This document shows, one piece after another, positions 44,219-48,743 of a stretch of 48,743 nt of DNA; the first letter of the stretch is position 1; the number at the start of each line of letters is the position of its first letter. Under the pieces are notes generated by a model. It had not been told where the DNA came from, made no database searches, and was given only the letters and a program-made list of their open reading frames with translations. The position numbers were made by a program, and so were the translations under genes. The stretch lies in the NCBI GenBank assembly GCA_035547775.1, contig DASZUC010000033.1, positions 1 to 48,743 on the forward strand. The letters are read 5' to 3'. The DNA comes from Candidatus Saccharimonadales bacterium (GTDB lineage: Bacteria > Patescibacteriota > Saccharimonadia > Saccharimonadales > UBA4665).

Positions 44219-45853
44219 TTACTGCGCGTCAAACTTGATAGGCTTAAGCGCCAGGCGCTTCAGGCGCGCAAATACTGGCTTGGCCTCTTCCAGATCGAAT
44301 AACGCTGAAACGACCAAGTGCACCCCAAAGACCACCAGACTAATGAAAGCTAGTTTGGAACCCAGAGTAATGAAACCGCGGTCGTTAATGCCCAAGGGAT
44401 AGAACGAAATCATAATAAAGCCCGCCACCATACTAAAACCGGTCACTGAAAGAATGCGCCAGACGCCGCCCCAAAAATGTCGATCAAACAGACTATGGTC
44501 TCGCCAAAGCATAATGACCGCCAGCACAAACACCTCCACGGCTGCCACAATGGATTGAGCCAAGGCTAGACCTTCTACGCCGTAATTGCTCGGCCGGCTT
44601 AGGGTGTAGGCCAGCACCACGTTTAAAGCAATGGTAAAGATCGACACCAACAGCGGAGTTTTTGTATCTTTTTGAGCGTAAAACCAGCGCGACATAATGG
44701 CGTACAAAATACGGAAGAAAATAGCCACCACAAGGAAGCCGAAAATGTCGGCGATAGCCAAGTTACCTCGAGTGTAGATTAAACGCGCCAGGTAGCCTCG
44801 ACAGAAGAAGCAGACCACAATGAGCGGCGCGCTAATCCAGATCATGGCTCGCAAAATCATCAAAAAGTCACGTCGGAAGAGATCGGGGCGGTTTTGACTG
44901 AGTCGGGCGTTAAGGCGCGGGAAAGCCGCTGTGGAAATGGCCGTACCCACCAGCAGGATCGGCGCCGTACTCAGCACATAGGCGTTGTTGAAGTAGGTGA
45001 TGCTGCCGCTGCCCAACCCACTAGCAAGATGCGTTTCAACAATATCTTCAATTTGATCCATGCCCTGGTCGAGCGAGCGGGGTGGTAGGTTGCGCAAGAC
45101 CATTCGGAAACCGGTGTTGCGCCAAGCAATCCAAGGTTGCCAGGTAAAGCCCGTGCGCACCAAGCCAGCGATGATCACCAATAGCTGCAGCACGCAACCA
45201 ATCAATGCGCCCACACCTAAACCCACCAAGCCTAAGTGCCCTGGCCCGCCCTGATGATGATTGGAGGTACTAAACACAATGGCGCTGACAATAATACTCA
45301 AGTTGTAAAACAGCGGTGCAATGGCGTAAAAGAAAAATCGGCCCAGCGTTTGCTGCACACTGGTGAGAATGCCGGAAATCGTAAACAACAGCGGGTTGAA
45401 GGCCAAGAAACGCATGATAGTGACTGCCGTGTGAAGCTGCTGGGGATCACGCGCCAAGCCAGGTGCCACGATATGGGTAATGAGAGGCTGAGCAAAGACA
45501 AACATAATCACACCGACACCGGCCATAATCAAAGCCAAGAAATTCATCAACGATGCCGATAGCTCCCACATACTCTTGCGACTACCACTGTACAAACGAT
45601 CAGTTAAGACCGGGATAAAGGCCACACCCAGTGCACCAGCGGCGAGTGTAAAGAAGAAGAAATCTGGCACGCTAAAAGCGGCAAAGAAAGCATCGGCGCT
45701 GTGGTGACCGGTACTTGGGAAGTTGGCGTTAATTAACTTGGTACGCAAGATACCAAGCACCTGCCCCACCAAAGTGGTGGCCATGAGTAACGTGGCAATA
45801 TTACTTAAGCTCGGTCGCTTGCTAGTTTTGGGGGCGGGGGCGGTTGGATTCAT
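44219..45853 (-). CDS. murJ: Lipid II flippase MurJ (MviN)
   Basis: 544 aa with about 14 TM helices. N-terminal GQVLGILRTKLINANF...DAFFAAFSVPDFFF and the overall MOP-superfamily pattern. Confidence 0.85.
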   Translation of the reverse strand: MNPTAPAPKTSKRPSLSNIATLLMATTLVGQVLGILRTKLINANFPSTGHHSADAFFAAFSVPDFFFFTLAAGALGVAFIPVLTDRLYSGSRKSMWELSASLMNFLALIMAGVGVIMFVFAQPLITHIVAPGLARDPQQLHTAVTIMRFLAFNPLLFTISGILTSVQQTLGRFFFYAIAPLFYNLSIIVSAIVFSTSNHHQGGPGHLGLVGLGVGALIGCVLQLLVIIAGLVRTGFTWQPWIAWRNTGFRMVLRNLPPRSLDQGMDQIEDIVETHLASGLGSGSITYFNNAYVLSTAPILLVGTAISTAAFPRLNARLSQNRPDLFRRDFLMILRAMIWISAPLIVVCFFCRGYLARLIYTRGNLAIADIFGFLVVAIFFRILYAIMSRWFYAQKDTKTPLLVSIFTIALNVVLAYTLSRPSNYGVEGLALAQSIVAAVEVFVLAVIMLWRDHSLFDRHFWGGVWRILSVTGFSMVAGFIMISFYPLGINDRGFITLGSKLAFISLVVFGVHLVVSALFDLEEAKPVFARLKRLALKPIKFDAQ

Positions 45854-45938
45854 GTGTGTTAATCGACTTCTTGGCTTTCAGTATAAATCAGGAGTGAGCT
45901 GAGTGACAGCCCGAAATCGTCTTGTTGCGCAATAACGT

Positions 45939-48551
45939 TTAGTGATGCACTTTTAGTGTGTTGTCGTCAGACGCTACGGACGGACTGGAGCTGGTGGCTG
46001 GCTTTTTACGTCGGCGAGTGCGCTTGCGTTTCTTGGGGGCATCGTCGGCACCACGAACGGGCTTCGCTGTTTCTGCAACTGGACCGGCAACAGCCGTGTG
46101 ACCAACTGAGGAAGCCACTGCTGCCGGTTCTTCGCTCTTGGCAGGAGTTGGTGCGGGTTTGTTGGCTGCAGCTGGCTTGGGGGTAGCCGGTTTGGAATTT
46201 GTAGGACCAGTTACGCGCTTCGATTTAGGCGATGGTGCGGCAGCTGCTGGGGCTTGTAACAGATAGCGCTCACCAATGTAGCGATCAACAAAATCACGAT
46301 TTGTGGCATATTGGCGACGACAACGCTCGACGATCGCCTCAGTATGATCGGCCTGCTGTGGCGGTAAGTTAATGGAAACCCCCGAAAAAGCTGGCACTTT
46401 CTCACCTTCAATCGTCATACTGATCACAAAGTGACGGTTGTGCATGTGCACTAAGTCATATTCCAAGAATTTTGGTTCGAAGTAGCGCTGCATCACCCGA
46501 GCATCGTCGGCCCCCATACGAAATGCCACAATTGAACCAACGTTACCAAATACGGCATCTTTAACTTCCATGGGCATTTGGGCAATGTACTGGTTAGCCA
46601 CGGTAAGGTTCAGCCCATACTTACGAGCCTCACTCAAAATGGTGGCAAAACTATCAGTAGCGAAGTTCTGGAATTCGTCGACGTACAGGTAAAACGGGTG
46701 GCGTTCACTAGCTGAAACGTCGGCTCGGCTCATGGCACCCAGCTGGATTTTGGTAACCAGCAACGCACCAAGCAAGGCGGCATTATCTTCGCCAACTAGA
46801 CCACGACTAAGATTGACGATGAGGATTTTACGCTCGTCCATAATTTGGCGCAGGTTGAAGCTACTCTTGGGCTGACCAATAATATTGCGGACCAATGGGT
46901 TGGCCGTAAAAGCACCGACCTTGTTGAGTACGGGCGCTACGGCTTCGGCGGCAAATTTGTCATTCCAGCTGGCAAACTCAATCTCCCAGAAATTACGGAC
47001 CACCGGGTCGTTCACGTATTGCAGAACTTCTTGGCGAAATTTGCGGTCAGTCAAAATGCGCGTAATGTCCAGCATGGTAGCATCAGGATAATCAAGGAGT
47101 GCGAGCAAGGAGTAGCGCAAGATGTATTCCAAGCGCGGACCCCAACTTTCAAACATACGTTTCAACACGCCAATTAGTTCGGAGGCGGTGTGCGTGCGCA
47201 GTTTGGGGTCATGGACTTCCATGGGGTTAAAGGCGATTGGGAAATCAGTGTCGGCTGGGTTGAAGTAAATGACATCGTTAGCTCGTTCAGGCGGGATGCG
47301 CCTTAGCACACTCATAGCATAGTCACCGTGTGGATCAATCACCGCAAAACCATATGGTGTGTAAATATCCGAAATAGTGAGCAGCTCTAACATACCGGAC
47401 TTACCAACGCCAGTTTGACCAATGATGTAGAGGTGGCGTCCCCGATCAGATCTGGGCAAACCAAACATGGTGTTGTGGCCGCGGAAGTTGGTGACAGCTA
47501 CGGGGCTGACATCTTCACGGTAAGTGCCAGCTGCCACAATTGGCAAATTAGCCGGCGGTTCAGCTGTTTGGCTCAGCGCCCACAAAATATATGGCGTTTC
47601 GACGTTGGTGTGAGGCAAGTGATACAGTGTGGCAACTTCTTCGATGTTTAGAATTGAGGTGCTGCGATTACAATCGCGCGCTCGGTAGTAGGCCAACTCA
47701 GTAGGGTTTTCGACCGTTTTACGCTGCTCAAACCCATTCATATAGGTGGTGTTGAACTGCTTGTAACTGGCGATGATTGATTGCAAATGCAATTTAGCCT
47801 GGGCGGGTGGCATATCACCGCGATACACAATGCGCAGCACGGTTTCAAAGGCTAGTTTGTGACTTTTTTCTTCGGCACCACCGGCACGGGCGGATTCGTA
47901 TTCGGTTAATTTAGTAGCTTCCCCAGCTTTGTGCTCTGGTGGCGCCCATAGCGCTCCCAATAGACCACTCATGGTGCTGCCACCACCTCCACCACCCCGC
48001 AGACCGGCGATGTAGCGTTCACTCTTTTTGTGCCAGTTGGCTGGCGCTGGACGTAGCACAAGCTGAATCCAGGCCTCTTCGTTGTCTTCAAATTTCGCCA
48101 AGGCTGCCGTAATAGCCGCTAAGGGGTCGACCTCAAAACTCTGAAAAGTTTTAATGGGCAGCGCGTCGTTGGCAACCAGTTTCATTTCAGTGACGAGCGT
48201 CGTGGGATGAGCAGCGTCGGGTTTCATGGAGTAGTCTTGGACTTCGCTGATTTGAACGGTGGGGTATTGAGCGTAAATTTGCTCTTCAACAAAGTTTTTC
48301 AGGTATTCTGGCACCCAGATGTAAAAGCCAATGCGCTTTTTGAGTACGGCAATTTCAAAACTTAAGCGCTCACGCAGTGGTGTTTTGAATCTGTTTTGCG
48401 AGGGCATAGTTAGCAGACCATGTAAGCTCGCAAACATCTGCTCAGCAGCTAACTCTTTCTTTTCGTTGGTACGAGGTACCTGTAATAGCAAGACAACACC
48501 GTCGCTACTGGCGGTGCTGCTGGCTGGTGGTGGTGTGAGATTTGGATCCAT
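45939..48551 (-). CDS. VirD4/TraD/TraG-like (FtsK/HerA-superfamily) P-loop ATPase with a disordered basic C-terminal tail
   Basis: 870 aa. Walker A IIGQTGVGKSG, Walker B-like FYLYVDEFQNF, and SEARKYGLNLTVANQ (TraG-D_C-like). The N-terminal ~350 aa are of unknown fold, and I see no TM helices. C-terminus: P/A/K-rich tail with KKRKRTRRRKK. Confidence 0.65.
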   Translation of the reverse strand: MDPNLTPPPASSTASSDGVVLLLQVPRTNEKKELAAEQMFASLHGLLTMPSQNRFKTPLRERLSFEIAVLKKRIGFYIWVPEYLKNFVEEQIYAQYPTVQISEVQDYSMKPDAAHPTTLVTEMKLVANDALPIKTFQSFEVDPLAAITAALAKFEDNEEAWIQLVLRPAPANWHKKSERYIAGLRGGGGGGSTMSGLLGALWAPPEHKAGEATKLTEYESARAGGAEEKSHKLAFETVLRIVYRGDMPPAQAKLHLQSIIASYKQFNTTYMNGFEQRKTVENPTELAYYRARDCNRSTSILNIEEVATLYHLPHTNVETPYILWALSQTAEPPANLPIVAAGTYREDVSPVAVTNFRGHNTMFGLPRSDRGRHLYIIGQTGVGKSGMLELLTISDIYTPYGFAVIDPHGDYAMSVLRRIPPERANDVIYFNPADTDFPIAFNPMEVHDPKLRTHTASELIGVLKRMFESWGPRLEYILRYSLLALLDYPDATMLDITRILTDRKFRQEVLQYVNDPVVRNFWEIEFASWNDKFAAEAVAPVLNKVGAFTANPLVRNIIGQPKSSFNLRQIMDERKILIVNLSRGLVGEDNAALLGALLVTKIQLGAMSRADVSASERHPFYLYVDEFQNFATDSFATILSEARKYGLNLTVANQYIAQMPMEVKDAVFGNVGSIVAFRMGADDARVMQRYFEPKFLEYDLVHMHNRHFVISMTIEGEKVPAFSGVSINLPPQQADHTEAIVERCRRQYATNRDFVDRYIGERYLLQAPAAAAPSPKSKRVTGPTNSKPATPKPAAANKPAPTPAKSEEPAAVASSVGHTAVAGPVAETAKPVRGADDAPKKRKRTRRRKKPATSSSPSVASDDNTLKVHH

Positions 48552-48651
48552 ATGTTACGAGGTGCCTACCCTTCACTGTTCTATTTTCTCACTTTTCAGG
48601 CAAGACGCCTAGGCTGAGGCGGCCATTGTGCAGACTGTGGGCTTAGAACTT

Positions 48652-48743
48652 TTAGTAGAGAGCGGCGCTGGAGGGCATTTTGGCACCTTTGAGGAGATCA
48701 CCAACTTCATCGGCGTCGACTGTTTCTTTTTCGAGCAAACGAT
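48652..48743 (-). CDS. 3' end of a gene running into the window (possibly ftsH)
   Basis: Translates to ...RLLEKETVDADEVGDLLKGAKMPSSAALY*. The LLEKETxDxxE pattern resembles the FtsH C-terminal helix. Only 30 codons are visible. Confidence 0.35.
   Translation of the reverse strand, partial: RLLEKETVDADEVGDLLKGAKMPSSAALY

Noticed and set aside
1-48743. CRISPR arrays, rRNA genes, IS elements or transposases
   Set aside because: Scanning by eye, I saw no regularly spaced direct repeats, no rRNA-like conserved blocks, and no DDE, serine or tyrosine recombinase motifs in any ORF. The only repeat family seen is the ~70-bp palindromic element, with two clear copies.

Overview
Gene-dense bacterial chromosomal window with about 70 protein genes and one tRNA-Lys(UUU). 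I found no rRNA, CRISPR array, transposase or integrase. Main content, in order: tsaB-tsaE; a lamin-tail-domain (LTD) surface protein; recA...recX; a monoderm-style type IV pilus locus (pilB, pilC, major pilin, three minor-pilin-like genes, pilM/N/O-like); yebC-ruvC-ruvA-X-ruvB; comEC; an ABC exporter; small stress proteins; rimK with a retropepsin-like partner and a DUF1704-type metallopeptidase; a CIRCE-controlled hrcA-grpE-dnaK-dnaJ operon; lepA; Ltp/XRE/radC; an MFS transporter; murJ; and a soluble VirD4/TraD-like ATPase. The secretin-less pilus, the compact TsaB, HrcA and ComEC, and the many orphan ORFs fit a reduced-genome Patescibacteria/CPR organism such as Saccharibacteria; this is inference only. 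Most notable observations: (1) the Hsp70 operon carries eight tightly packed orphan ORFs between hrcA, grpE, dnaK and dnaJ behind a single CIRCE/promoter. (2) A family of ~70-bp imperfect palindromic elements has one copy in frame inside the lepA GTPase domain and a second copy supplying the last 22 codons and the stop codon of comEC. (3) A 113-nt stem-enclosed region plus an intrinsic terminator lies between tRNA-Lys and a small ORF/kinase-like/ABC exporter cluster. (4) rimK sits near a DUF1704 (MATCAP-like) peptidase. (5) An HExxH protein is wedged between ruvA and ruvB. (6) The VirD4-like ATPase has no visible secretion partners and carries a polybasic tail. All domain calls come from motif recognition by eye; no searches were run.
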